Assembly: GCA_017881055.1 (NCBI GenBank)
Contig: JADGRF010000013.1
Span: 8,699-72,698, forward strand
DNA: 64,000 nucleotides
Reading direction: 5' to 3'
Source of the DNA: Sandaracinaceae bacterium
GTDB taxonomy: Bacteria > Myxococcota_A > Polyangia > Polyangiales > JAFGIB01
The position numbers were made by a program, and so were the translations under genes. Position 1 is the first letter of the stretch, and each line of letters starts with the position of its first letter. Below are positions 1 to 10,273 of this stretch, piece by piece. A model generated the notes under the pieces. The model was not told where the DNA came from, made no database searches, and was given only the letters and a program-made list of their open reading frames with translations.

Positions 1-225
1 CAGGAGAAGGTGGAGCTCATGGAACAGATCCGGCTGATCCGTGAAAAGCTGCAGCTCGGCATTCTGATCATCGAGCACGACATGAAGCTGATCATGAAGA
101 TGTGCGAGCGCATCACCGTGCTCGACCACGGTGAGACGATCGCCGTCGGCAAGCCCGAGCAGATCCAAATCGACGAGCGTGTCATCAAGGCCTACCTCGG
201 GGAGCCCGTTGCTCACGATTCGTAA
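1..225 (+). CDS. livG: Branched-chain amino acid ABC transporter ATP-binding subunit (3' part; gene starts upstream of the window)
   Basis: C-terminal LivG signature LIIEHDMKLIMKMCERITVLDHG...VIKAYLG; directly upstream of livF. Confidence 0.85.
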   Translation, partial: QEKVELMEQIRLIREKLQLGILIIEHDMKLIMKMCERITVLDHGETIAVGKPEQIQIDERVIKAYLGEPVAHDS

Positions 226-916
226 CCTGCACGTGCGCTACGGCGCCGTTCACGCGCTGCAAGGCGTGTCGCTCACGGTCGCGGCCGGTGAGATCGTCAC
301 GTTGATCGGCAGCAACGGCGCGGGCAAGAGCACGCTGTTGCGCGCGATCAGCGGTCTGCATCGGCCGAGCGCAGGCGAGATCCTCTGGAAGGGCGCTGCC
401 CAGATCGAGACACTCGCACCGCATCGCATCGTCGCGCTCGGCTTGTGCCACGTGCCGGAAGGCCGTCAGGTGTTCGCGAACCTGACCGTGCGCGAGAACC
501 TCGATCTCGGTGCGTACCAGCGCAAAGACAAGGCCGAGATCCGCGAGGGCATCGAGCGCGCGTACACCCTCTTTCCGATCTTGAAGGAACGTCAGCAGCA
601 GCTCTCCGGCACGCTCAGCGGCGGTGAGCAGCAGATGTTGGCGATCGCGCGCGCGCTGATGGCGCGCCCCGAGCTCTTGTTACTCGATGAGCCTTCATTG
701 GGCCTTGCCCCGCTGGTCGTCCAGACCATCTTCAAGGTCATCCAAGAGATCAACGCGCAGGGCACGACCATCTTGCTCGTCGAGCAGAACGCGCACATGG
801 CGCTACGCATCGCGCAGCGCGGCTACGTGCTGCAGACCGGTAAAATCGTGCTCGAGGACAGCGGCAAGAACCTGCTGAACAGTCCCGAGGTACGAGCCGC
901 GTACCTCGGCGATTGA
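209..916 (+). CDS. livF: Branched-chain amino acid ABC transporter ATP-binding subunit
   Basis: Walker A GSNGAGKS, signature LSGGEQQM, Walker B LLLDEPSLGLAP, VEQNA. Start re-picked at TTG 209 after GGAG (201-204), overlapping the livG end. Confidence 0.92.
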   Translation: MLTIRNLHVRYGAVHALQGVSLTVAAGEIVTLIGSNGAGKSTLLRAISGLHRPSAGEILWKGAAQIETLAPHRIVALGLCHVPEGRQVFANLTVRENLDLGAYQRKDKAEIREGIERAYTLFPILKERQQQLSGTLSGGEQQMLAIARALMARPELLLLDEPSLGLAPLVVQTIFKVIQEINAQGTTILLVEQNAHMALRIAQRGYVLQTGKIVLEDSGKNLLNSPEVRAAYLGD

Positions 917-930
917 CGACACGCGCAGGC

Positions 931-1602
931 TCAGGGCTTGTCGGTCGAGGTCGCGCTGGCGGGAGCTGCACCACGCGACTTCAGCCATGCGATCAGGCCT
1001 GGCATGAGCGAGAGCACGATCACCACGATGATCACCGCCTCGATGTGCTTGCCGAGCGGCGTCAGACCCACGAAGTACCCGAGCACGGTCATCGACAGCA
1101 CCCATGCGGCTGCGCCGATTGCGCTGAACATCGTGTACGCGCCGTAGGGCATGCGCGCGATGCCGGCGACGACGGGCACGAACGTGCGCATCACCGGCAT
1201 GAAGCGCGCGATCACGATCGCCTTGCCGCCGTGCAGCAAGTAGAAGTCGTGCGCAGCTTTGATGTGCTCGGGGCGAAAGAAGCGCGAGCGCGGCCGGTTG
1301 AAGAGCAGCGGTCCCGCTTTGGCGCCGATGAAATACGACAGCACCGGTCCGAGCACCGCAGCTGGGATCAGGATCGCGTTCAGCGTCAAGAGATCGAGCT
1401 TGCCGGTCGCGGCGTACACGCCCGCGGTCACGAGCAACGAATCGCCCGGCAGAAAGAAGACCATCGCGCCGGTCTCGAGGAACACGATCAGCGCGAGCAC
1501 CGAATAGCCCAGGTCCGCGAACTGCGAGGGGTCCCGGATCAGCTTGATCAGATCCGCGGGGTTGTTGGCGATGATTTCGATGAGCTTGTGCAGGGAGTCC
1601 AT
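931..1602 (-). CDS. DedA/VTT family membrane protein
   Basis: Motifs FLETG..FFLPGDSLL, ARFMPVMRTFVPVVAG and several hydrophobic segments. Confidence 0.92.
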   Translation of the reverse strand: MDSLHKLIEIIANNPADLIKLIRDPSQFADLGYSVLALIVFLETGAMVFFLPGDSLLVTAGVYAATGKLDLLTLNAILIPAAVLGPVLSYFIGAKAGPLLFNRPRSRFFRPEHIKAAHDFYLLHGGKAIVIARFMPVMRTFVPVVAGIARMPYGAYTMFSAIGAAAWVLSMTVLGYFVGLTPLGKHIEAVIIVVIVLSLMPGLIAWLKSRGAAPASATSTDKP

Positions 1603-1688
1603 GGCGGCGCGACCCTAGCACGAGGCACCGGGCCGCGCCTCCGGAGTACCGCCCCGCGCGCGCCGCAAATTGCGCCGGGTCCCGGAAG

Positions 1689-1841
1689 TCAGCCGCAGGC
1701 AATCGTGCAGCTCCCGCCGGTGCAGGTGCCACCCGAGCTCGTACAGGGGGCGTCGCAGGCGGGCAAGCCGCCGGTCTGGTCGGTGATGCCCGGGCCCCGG
1801 CATCGCTCGGGGTCGTAGCGTCGGGCTTTGTGCGGGGTCAT
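1689..1841 (-). CDS. Putative 50-aa Cys/Gly-rich small protein (MTPHKARRYDPERCRGPGITDQTGGLPACDAPCTSSGGTCTGGSCTIACG)
   Basis: ATG (1841-1839) overlaps the TGA of the upstream gene as ATGA; codons mostly end in G/C; six Cys. Could instead be a gene remnant. Confidence 0.45.
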   Translation of the reverse strand: MTPHKARRYDPERCRGPGITDQTGGLPACDAPCTSSGGTCTGGSCTIACG

Positions 1842-3325
1842 GGCTTGGTCGGGCACTGCGCCTCGTCGAAGCCGCTCGCGCAATCACCCGTTCCATCGCA
1901 GTACTTGGAGAGCGGGACGGTCTTGCCGTCGCCGCACGGGAACTCGCTCGTCGTTGCGCCGGTGCATGCTTCGTCGGAGCCGTCCTTGCAGTCCGGCGTC
2001 CCGTTGCAGAGCTTCACGAACGGCACATTGCCGCTCTTGTCGAGGCACGCGAACGTGCAGCTCGTCTCGTCGGAACCGTCCTTGCAGCTCGGCGTGCCGT
2101 CGCAGTGCTGGTAGATCGTGTAGCGCTGGCTGCTCGGCTGCTTGCACGTCAGACACACCATCTCGTCGATGCCGTCCTTGCAATCCATCTTGCCGTCGCA
2201 GAGCTGCGACTGCATCAGGACCTGGGACGGATTGTCGTTGCACGCGAACGTGGCGATCTTCCCGCTGTTGCCGCCGCCGCACGCATCGAGCTCGGTCTGC
2301 AGCGGAGCGGGGAACGCGCCGCACGCAGTCGTGAGCGGGTCGTTCTTGCCGCCATCGGCTAGTCGGTTATTGAGCACGTCGCAGGCCGCGACCTTCGTCG
2401 TGTCGCACTTGGCGGCATCGATGCACGTTTGCCCCTCGGCCAGGTACTTCTGCATGCAGCTCAGCTGATCGCCCAGCATGCTCACGTGGTTGGTGAACGC
2501 CTTCGTGGCGCACGGCGCGTCCGTGTTCTTCACGTTGCAATCGTAGCCCGACGCATTGCCCGCACCCGCGTCGGCAGGCGGGTTGCCAGCCGACGCAGTC
2601 GCCACGCACATGCACGCGCTCGTCTGCAGCTTGATGTAGCCGTTCACGATCGCTGCGGCGACCGCGGCGTCGCTCATGGTGCTGCTCGAGGTTTTGCCGC
2701 AGTACGTGTGGTCGCCGGTCGCGGTGCAATCGAGCGTGATCGTCGCGAGCGCAGTCTTGCTGATCTTGCCGTCCTTCAGCTTGACCGCTTGCTTCACCTT
2801 GATCGCGAACGTCGTGTCGCACAGCTTCGCGCACACGTCGGCCTTGATCTTGTAGCCCAGGTTGAAGCGGTGACGGCTGACCTTGCGCGGCGCGCCTGCG
2901 TCGCCAGGGCCCGCGTCGCTTCGTCCCGCATCGGCCGCACCTGCATCCGCTACGCCTGCATCGCTCGCGGGCGGCGTGACTTCGAAGTGCTCACTGGTCG
3001 GATCGAACTGGATCAGCGCCAGCTCGACGGCGTTCGCGTCATCCGGGTTCTCGACGTCGAACGACATCAACGCGTCGTCACCCGGCGACACCGGATCGGA
3101 AGGGCTCGGCAAGAGCGAGACCTCCATGGCGGTGTCGGGCGGAATCAAGCCGCTGACCAGCTCGCCGTTCTCGAACGACACGGCTTTGGTCAGTGCTTCG
3201 GCCGCTTGCGTCGTCGAGGTGCCAGTCCCGCTGCTCGAGCTCTTGCTGCTGCTGCTGCCGAAGCAGCCTGCGAGCGTGATGCTTGCGACCAACGTGGCAG
3301 ACACGAGCCAAGCTCTCGCGTGCAT
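1838..3325 (-). CDS. Cys-rich lipoprotein with four C-terminal LDL-receptor class A-like repeats
   Basis: Start ATG 3325 after AGGGG; lipobox LAGC; Ser/Thr linker; DAG repeats; four C(D/N)Gxx(D/S)Cx(D/S)GxDE..C units. Confidence 0.85.
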   Translation of the reverse strand: MHARAWLVSATLVASITLAGCFGSSSSKSSSSGTGTSTTQAAEALTKAVSFENGELVSGLIPPDTAMEVSLLPSPSDPVSPGDDALMSFDVENPDDANAVELALIQFDPTSEHFEVTPPASDAGVADAGAADAGRSDAGPGDAGAPRKVSRHRFNLGYKIKADVCAKLCDTTFAIKVKQAVKLKDGKISKTALATITLDCTATGDHTYCGKTSSSTMSDAAVAAAIVNGYIKLQTSACMCVATASAGNPPADAGAGNASGYDCNVKNTDAPCATKAFTNHVSMLGDQLSCMQKYLAEGQTCIDAAKCDTTKVAACDVLNNRLADGGKNDPLTTACGAFPAPLQTELDACGGGNSGKIATFACNDNPSQVLMQSQLCDGKMDCKDGIDEMVCLTCKQPSSQRYTIYQHCDGTPSCKDGSDETSCTFACLDKSGNVPFVKLCNGTPDCKDGSDEACTGATTSEFPCGDGKTVPLSKYCDGTGDCASGFDEAQCPTKP

Positions 3326-3480
3326 GAGTTCCCCTGTTCGCGTGGCCACGGTGGTAGGCGATGATGTTACCGCGACTCGGCTGGCGCCGTCATGGTGGTA
3401 CGCTGTAGCAGCGTGTAACGGCTTGACTCGCGCTGGCGCGTAGGGAAAGGTCGGCAGACGCGGCGTCCCCGGAACCCTCC

Positions 3481-4727
<1,247 letters not shown>

Positions 4728-4731
<4 letters not shown>

Positions 4732-5996
4732 GCCACGTCGACGAAGCCATCTTGGCTCTGGCAAGCGCGGACACGCGCAGCGTGCTCGAAGGCGTGCTCG
4801 GCGGCGCCGATTTGAGCGTGCCCGACGCCGTGCTGCTATGCGACGCAACGGGTGCGGATCTCGCCGCGCTCGTCGCCGTCGCCGATGGCCTGCGTGAACA
4901 GCAAGCCGGCGACCTCGTCAGCTACGTCGTCAACCGCAACATCAACTTCACCAACCTGTGCGTGAAGGCCTGCAAGTTCTGCGCGTTCTCTCGCACCGGC
5001 CGCTCCGAGGAGGGTTACTTCCTCGATGAAGACGAGATCGTGCGTCGCGTGCTGCAAGCGGAAAGCCTGGGCGCGACCGAAGTGTGCATCCAAGCGGGCT
5101 TGCCGCCGCGAGCCAAGCCCACCCTGTACCTCGATCTGTTGCGCGCCGTGAAAGCAGCTGCGCCTGCGCTGCACGTGCACGCGTTCTCACCGGAGGAAGT
5201 GAAGTACGGCGCCGAACTCATGGGCATGCCCGTGCGCGCCTACCTCGAAGAGCTCAAAGCCGCGGGTATTGGCTCGCTGCCGGGTACTTCGGCCGAGATC
5301 CTGGACGACCGCGTGCGCAAGCGGCTGGCGGGCGGACGAATCTCGACGGCCGAGTGGATCGAGGTCATCACCACGGCGCACGAGCTGCAGATCCCAACCA
5401 CGTCGACCATCATGTACGGACACATCGAGACGCACCAAGAGCGTATGCGACACCTCGATCTTCTGCGCTCGATCCAGCGCGACACCGGCGGTTTCAGCGA
5501 GTTCGTGCCGCTTTCGTTCGTACACGCCGAGGCGCCGCTCCATTTGAAGCGCATGTTGCCCGACGTTCGTCCCGGCCCGACCGAGGACGACGTCACGCGG
5601 CTGATCGCGTTGTCGCGGCTGATCCTCGGCGCCAGCTTTCGCAACATCCAGACGTCCTGGGTGAAAGAGGGCGTGCCACGCGCGCAGCGCATGCTTCGAG
5701 CGGGTGCGAACGACCTCGGCGGCACGCTCATGAACGAGAGCATCTCGACCTCCGCAGGCGCGCTGCACGGCCAGCTCATGCGTCCGCGTGAGCTCCACGC
5801 AGCGATCCGGGCGATCGACCGCGTACCCGCCGAGCGCAACACGCGCTACACCGTGCTGCGTACCTTCTCCGAAGGCGCCCACGCCGATCCCGGGCACCCA
5901 CTCGACCGCGTGGACGACGCCGTCGCCGTGTTCGGTAGCTACGAAGAGCTCACGCGCAAAGCGCGTCAGTCACGTGTTCTGCTCACGGTTGGGTAG
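4728..5996 (+). CDS. cofH: FO synthase subunit CofH (radical SAM)
   Basis: SYVVNRNINFTNLCVKACKFCAF, HAFSPEE, PGTSAEIL, EFVPLSFVH, NIQTSWVK, NDLGGTLMNESIS; ATGA-coupled to cofG. Confidence 0.92.
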
Positions 5997-6590
5997 CACG
6001 TTCGCACCCGCTGCCTCCGGGGTGTCTACGTCGAACGCGATGCGCGCGTTGTGCAGCGTGCGGGTGGATAGGCCCAGCTCGCGGGCGTGCGCGAGGTGAC
6101 GCTGCGCGCTGCCGGCTGCGCCGAAGCAGGTGCGAAAGCCGCGTGACAAGGGCAGTGCGAGCGCGTTCGTGAAGCTCTCGGCGAGGTCGGGCACAATCAC
6201 CACGTCGTGCTTCGTCAGCTCGCCGAGCACGGCCGTTACGTCTGCGCATTGCAGGTGCGGGAGATCCGCCATCAGTACCAGGGCCTGGCTCACGCCGCGC
6301 ACTTCGAGCTCCAGCAGCGCCGCGTCCACCACGCGCGCCAGCCCGCGTGGCGTTCCTTCCGCACTCGGGTCACGCATCGGGATCGCGCCCTCGTCGGCTG
6401 CAAGTTGCGCGACGTCGTCGCCGTCGGTGATCACGAGCGTGCCGGCCAGCTCGGGGGCCGAGCGCGTGATCGCGAGCACGTGGCGGAACATGTCGCGCGC
6501 CAGCCGCTCGCGCTCTTCGTCGTCGAACGAGCCGCGCAGCCGCGACTTGCCGCGCGCGAACGCCTTCATGGGCACGACGGCCCAGATCAC
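5970..6590 (-). CDS. cofC: 2-phospho-L-lactate/phosphoenolpyruvate guanylyltransferase
   Basis: AVVPMK..GKSRL, MADLP, TNAL, FG..S..H, FDVDTPE; in an operon with cofD/cofE. Confidence 0.9.
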   Translation of the reverse strand: MIWAVVPMKAFARGKSRLRGSFDDEERERLARDMFRHVLAITRSAPELAGTLVITDGDDVAQLAADEGAIPMRDPSAEGTPRGLARVVDAALLELEVRGVSQALVLMADLPHLQCADVTAVLGELTKHDVVIVPDLAESFTNALALPLSRGFRTCFGAAGSAQRHLAHARELGLSTRTLHNARIAFDVDTPEAAGANVLPNREQNT

Positions 6591-7537
6591 AAATTCTCCG
6601 CAAACTGCAGCACCTCGCGCGCGAGCAAAAGGCTCTGCTCGCGCGTCTGCATGATCGTCGAGCTGGCCAGAACGCGCAGCGCATGGCCATCGTGAGTCAT
6701 GAGCGCTGGTAAGCTCGCGTCGTCGCCGTGCTCGACGACTAGGCCGGTGAGCAGCCCGGCGTAGTGCTCGGCAATCGCTCCCGGCGTAGGCTCGGTCTTG
6801 CCGATGGTTTGCAGCATACGCGCGAGCGGCCCTTTTATGGCGGCTCCGTGCACGATCGGGCTCACGGCCACCACGGGCTTTCGGGCGATGCGCTCGCGCA
6901 CGCCTGGCAACGCGAGAATCGGATCGACCGACACGTACGGGTTCGACGGCCCGAACACCACCAGGTCAGCCGCCTCGATCGCGCGCAGCACCTGGTCGCT
7001 GGCGCGCGCGTCCCCGTTCGAGAACACCCGCAGCACGTCGTGGGCCGCGCGCTCCTGCACGAGCCAGCGTTGAAAGCTCAGCGTTCCCGTCACGGTCTCG
7101 ATCATCGTAGGGCAGGGTGCATCGCTCATCGGCAGGATGGTCGCACCCACGCCGAGCGATCCGCACAGGCGCCCGGTGATTGCAGTCAGGGTCTGCCCTT
7201 CCTGCAGCCATTGGCTGCGGAGCACGTGCGTGGCCAGATCGCGATCGCCCAGCTGGAACCAGGTCTCGCCACCGTAGCGGGTGACCATCTCGAGCGTCGT
7301 GAACGACTCTTCGGCGAGCCCCCAGCCGCGTGCCACGTCGGCGAGGTCGGCGAGCGTGTACATCACGGTGTCGACGTCGGGCGAGATGTACAGGCCCCAG
7401 TGCCGGAAGTCGTCGCCGGTGTTCACGATCAGCGTCAGCTGCTCCGGTGGGAGCGCTCTTGCCAAGCCATGGCACAGGCGCGCACCGCCCACGCCTCCGG
7501 ACAGACACACCACCTGCTTCGGACGTGTGGCGCTCAC
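6587..7537 (-). CDS. cofD: 2-phospho-L-lactate transferase (LPPG/EPPG:FO transferase)
   Basis: [57 protein letters not shown]. Confidence 0.95.
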   Translation of the reverse strand: MSATRPKQVVCLSGGVGGARLCHGLARALPPEQLTLIVNTGDDFRHWGLYISPDVDTVMYTLADLADVARGWGLAEESFTTLEMVTRYGGETWFQLGDRDLATHVLRSQWLQEGQTLTAITGRLCGSLGVGATILPMSDAPCPTMIETVTGTLSFQRWLVQERAAHDVLRVFSNGDARASDQVLRAIEAADLVVFGPSNPYVSVDPILALPGVRERIARKPVVAVSPIVHGAAIKGPLARMLQTIGKTEPTPGAIAEHYAGLLTGLVVEHGDDASLPALMTHDGHALRVLASSTIMQTREQSLLLAREVLQFAENL

Positions 7538-8346
7538 AGGTAGACGTCTCCGTCCACCGGGCGGCAGAGCACGCGCGCTCCGCCGTCAGCTGCGGCAAAA
7601 CGCAGGCCGCGCACGTGCACTGCCGCTCTTGCTTCGCCGGCCTGCCCCGCCACGAGATCGCAGACCGCAGCCAGCTGATCCGCGGGCGCCGTGATCGTCG
7701 CTTCCAGCACGCGGCCATCGAGATCCGAGAGGCCGCGTTGATCGTAGAGCGCGGGAAACCCGGCGACCCCGAGCGCCGTCCCCACGGTGCCCTGCCGAAA
7801 CGGTCGTCCGAACGAGTCGCTGATGATCACGCCGATCGTCGCGCCCAGCTTGGCCTCGAGCGCGCTGCGCAGTCGCGCCGCCGAGGCATCCGGATCGGCA
7901 GGCAATCGCAAGATCCACGGACCGCTGGCTGCCCCCGCAGTTGCCGGTTGCGCGTTGCTTTGATCGACGCCGGCGTTGGCGCTCACGTGTCCGCCGTGGT
8001 GGCGCACGATCAGCACGTTCCGCTGCGCACGCGACACCGCCAGCGTGTCCCACAGGATTACCTCGACGACGCGCGGATCTTTCTCGGTCAGCGCCGCCAG
8101 CTCCAGCGCGCGCGGGGAGGGCGTAATCGTGGAAAGATCGACGTAACGGTTCTCGGCTTTCGCGACGACCTTCGAGGCCACCACGAGCACGTCGCCATCT
8201 TCTAGAGTCAGCCCCTGTGCACCAAGCGCCGCGCTCAGCAGCGTGGCCAGATCATCGCCAGGCTCGATGCGTGGCAGCCCGGCCACGGCCGTCAGTGTAA
8301 GGCGTTCGGTGCAGGTCACCGCTGCGCGTCCGACATTGTCCACCAC
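7534..8346 (-). CDS. cofE: Coenzyme F420-0:L-glutamate ligase (no C-terminal nitroreductase domain)
   Basis: [48 protein letters not shown]. Start re-picked at GTG 8346 after AAAGGA. Confidence 0.93.
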   Translation of the reverse strand: MVDNVGRAAVTCTERLTLTAVAGLPRIEPGDDLATLLSAALGAQGLTLEDGDVLVVASKVVAKAENRYVDLSTITPSPRALELAALTEKDPRVVEVILWDTLAVSRAQRNVLIVRHHGGHVSANAGVDQSNAQPATAGAASGPWILRLPADPDASAARLRSALEAKLGATIGVIISDSFGRPFRQGTVGTALGVAGFPALYDQRGLSDLDGRVLEATITAPADQLAAVCDLVAGQAGEARAAVHVRGLRFAAADGGARVLCRPVDGDVYL

Positions 8347-8525
8347 GTAGCCGTCCTTTTCCCGTGCCCCGCGTGCGCGCGCGACGGCATCGTTGCCTGA
8401 TGGCGGAGCCGACGCAAGCCAACATGATCGTGCGCCGTCCGCCGGCGGTCGGTCGCGACAGCGCGCTGCGTACGGTGTAATATCTGGCTGCATTGGCGCG
8501 CTCGCGCCCTTCCGCGGAGAACTTC

Positions 8526-9452
8526 ATGGCGACTCGTTTCGCGCGCTTCGTGTTCGGCTCGGTCTGCTCTGCAACGCTCACGGGGTTGGTGTTGTCGGTG
8601 CTTGCCGCCGACGCCCTCGTGCCACGAGCAGCGCAAGCGCAAGCTCCTTCCGCGACGCCTGCTCCGGGCGCCGTCTCGCCCGAGGACGAGGAGAAAGCCC
8701 GCGGTCACTTCCGCTTGGGTCGCGCGTACTACGACAACGGCAACTTCGCTCAAGCCGCCATCGAGTTCGAAGAGGCGTATCGCATCTCGCAGCGCTCAGC
8801 GCTGCTGTACAACATCTACCTCGCGTACCGCGACGCGAACGACACGCGCCACGCCGCCGAGTCGCTGCGCAAGTACCTCGAGCTGCAGCAGGACGTCGAG
8901 AACCGTGGCCAGCTGGAAGCTCGCCTCGCAGCGCTCGACCGCAGCTTGGCCGATGGCACCGCGCCGCAGCCGGCGGCCCAGGCCGCAGCGCAACCTGCAG
9001 CAGAGGCGCAGCAGCAACCTGTCGCCGCACAAGCCGAGGCCGCGCCCGCCGCGGCCGTGCAGCCGAGCAAGCCCGCCGATGAGCCCAAGAGCATCTTGCC
9101 GTGGGTACTCATGGGCAGCGGCGGCGCGCTCGCGATCGGCGGCGCCGTGTTCTGGGGCATGTCGTCGAGCAAGAAGAGCGAGCTCTCGAGCAAGTGCCCG
9201 AACATGACCTGTGATCCCAGCAAGGTCACCGTCAAGCAGGTGAGCGATCTCAAGAGCAGCGGCAGCACGCTGGCTGCTGTCGGCGATGCGCTGTTCTTCG
9301 GCGGCTTGGCAGTTGCCGGCACGGGCGTCGTGCTGTTCATCCTCGATGCTGCCAGCGGCGGCAACGAGAGCGCCCCCGCCGCCAGCGCGCCGACCGCCTC
9401 GCTCGTGTGTCTGCCCGGCTCCTGCGCCGGCGCCGTCGCGATGAAGTTCTGA
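8526..9452 (+). CDS. Exported TPR-containing protein with Ala/Pro linker and C-terminal hydrophobic segments
   Basis: ATG 8526 after GGAGA; signal-like N-terminus; TPR-like ARGHFRLGRAYYDNGNFAQAAIEFEEAY..LLYNI; two hydrophobic helices near the C-terminus. Confidence 0.75.
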   Translation: MATRFARFVFGSVCSATLTGLVLSVLAADALVPRAAQAQAPSATPAPGAVSPEDEEKARGHFRLGRAYYDNGNFAQAAIEFEEAYRISQRSALLYNIYLAYRDANDTRHAAESLRKYLELQQDVENRGQLEARLAALDRSLADGTAPQPAAQAAAQPAAEAQQQPVAAQAEAAPAAAVQPSKPADEPKSILPWVLMGSGGALAIGGAVFWGMSSSKKSELSSKCPNMTCDPSKVTVKQVSDLKSSGSTLAAVGDALFFGGLAVAGTGVVLFILDAASGGNESAPAASAPTASLVCLPGSCAGAVAMKF

Positions 9453-9463
9453 GCTGCGCTCGC

Positions 9464-10111
9464 TCATAGGCCGGTGATGCGAATGCCTACGCCCGGGCCT
9501 TTGTAGTGCTTGTTGATGTGCAGCAGCACAGGGGTCAGTGACTCGAGCGCTACGGCATTCGCCAGCGGCCCGGCATGGATCGCACGTGCTCCCAGATCGC
9601 GAATGAGATCCATCGCGACCTCGAGCGCGGCCTCGTGATCGGAGCACGCCAGCACGTCGCACTCGATGTCGTGCTCGGCTGCCAGGTGCAGCGAGCTCAC
9701 GTGATGGAGCGCCGCCACCAGCTGCGCGCCTTCGCCCAGAATCGCCCGCGCCTCGAGCGCCGCCGACTGGCCCTTCGGCAAGTGCACGCGCCGAACCTGC
9801 GGAGGTACCAGCGGCACGGTGATATCGATGATGATCCGGTCCGCGAGCTCGGCCTTGAGGCTCTGCAGCGTCTCGCCGTGCGCCGAGTAGGGCACGCTCA
9901 AGAGCACGACGGCAGAGCTGCGAACGGCGCTTACGTTGTCGCCGCCTTGGACCTTCGCGGTATCACCCACGATCGCACGCAGCTCGTCGGCCTTGGCCTT
10001 GGCCTTGGCCGCGTCGCGCGAGCCGATGAACACTTCGTGGCCGGCACGCAGCCAGCGCAGCGCCATGCCGTGACCCTCCTTGCCCGTGCCGCCCACCACC
10101 GCGATCTTCAT
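9464..10111 (-). CDS. npdG: F420-dependent NADP oxidoreductase (Fno/NpdG)
   Basis: MKIAVVGGTGKEG, IGSR, LSVPY, VPL, SAA, AGPLANA..LESLTPVL..INK.YK...GIRITG; next to the cof genes. Confidence 0.9.
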   Translation of the reverse strand: MKIAVVGGTGKEGHGMALRWLRAGHEVFIGSRDAAKAKAKADELRAIVGDTAKVQGGDNVSAVRSSAVVLLSVPYSAHGETLQSLKAELADRIIIDITVPLVPPQVRRVHLPKGQSAALEARAILGEGAQLVAALHHVSSLHLAAEHDIECDVLACSDHEAALEVAMDLIRDLGARAIHAGPLANAVALESLTPVLLHINKHYKGPGVGIRITGL

Positions 10112-10228
10112 CGTCCCGTGCTCCTGTTCCCGCGCAGGCTGCTCACCGCGACCACTACAGTACACGGGTTTCGCAAGTCGCTTCGAGGTTCTTCATTCGG
10201 ACCGCAAGCGTCCGATTTATCATGTAGT

Positions 10229-10258
10229 TTGCTCACGCGCTCGCGGGGGGGTTAGGAT
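10229..10258 (+). promoter_or_regulatory. Candidate sigma70-type promoter of aceEF
   Basis: TTGCTC-N18-TAGGAT, followed by a GAGG RBS and ATG 10274. Confidence 0.35.
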
Positions 10259-10273
10259 CTCCGAGGTGGCACA

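Noticed and set aside
3352-3360. TGGTAGGCG match to the tRNA-Val(TAC) 3' end as an att site bounding an island
   Set aside because: Only 9 bp, compatible with chance; no integrase, and the intervening genes include core functions.
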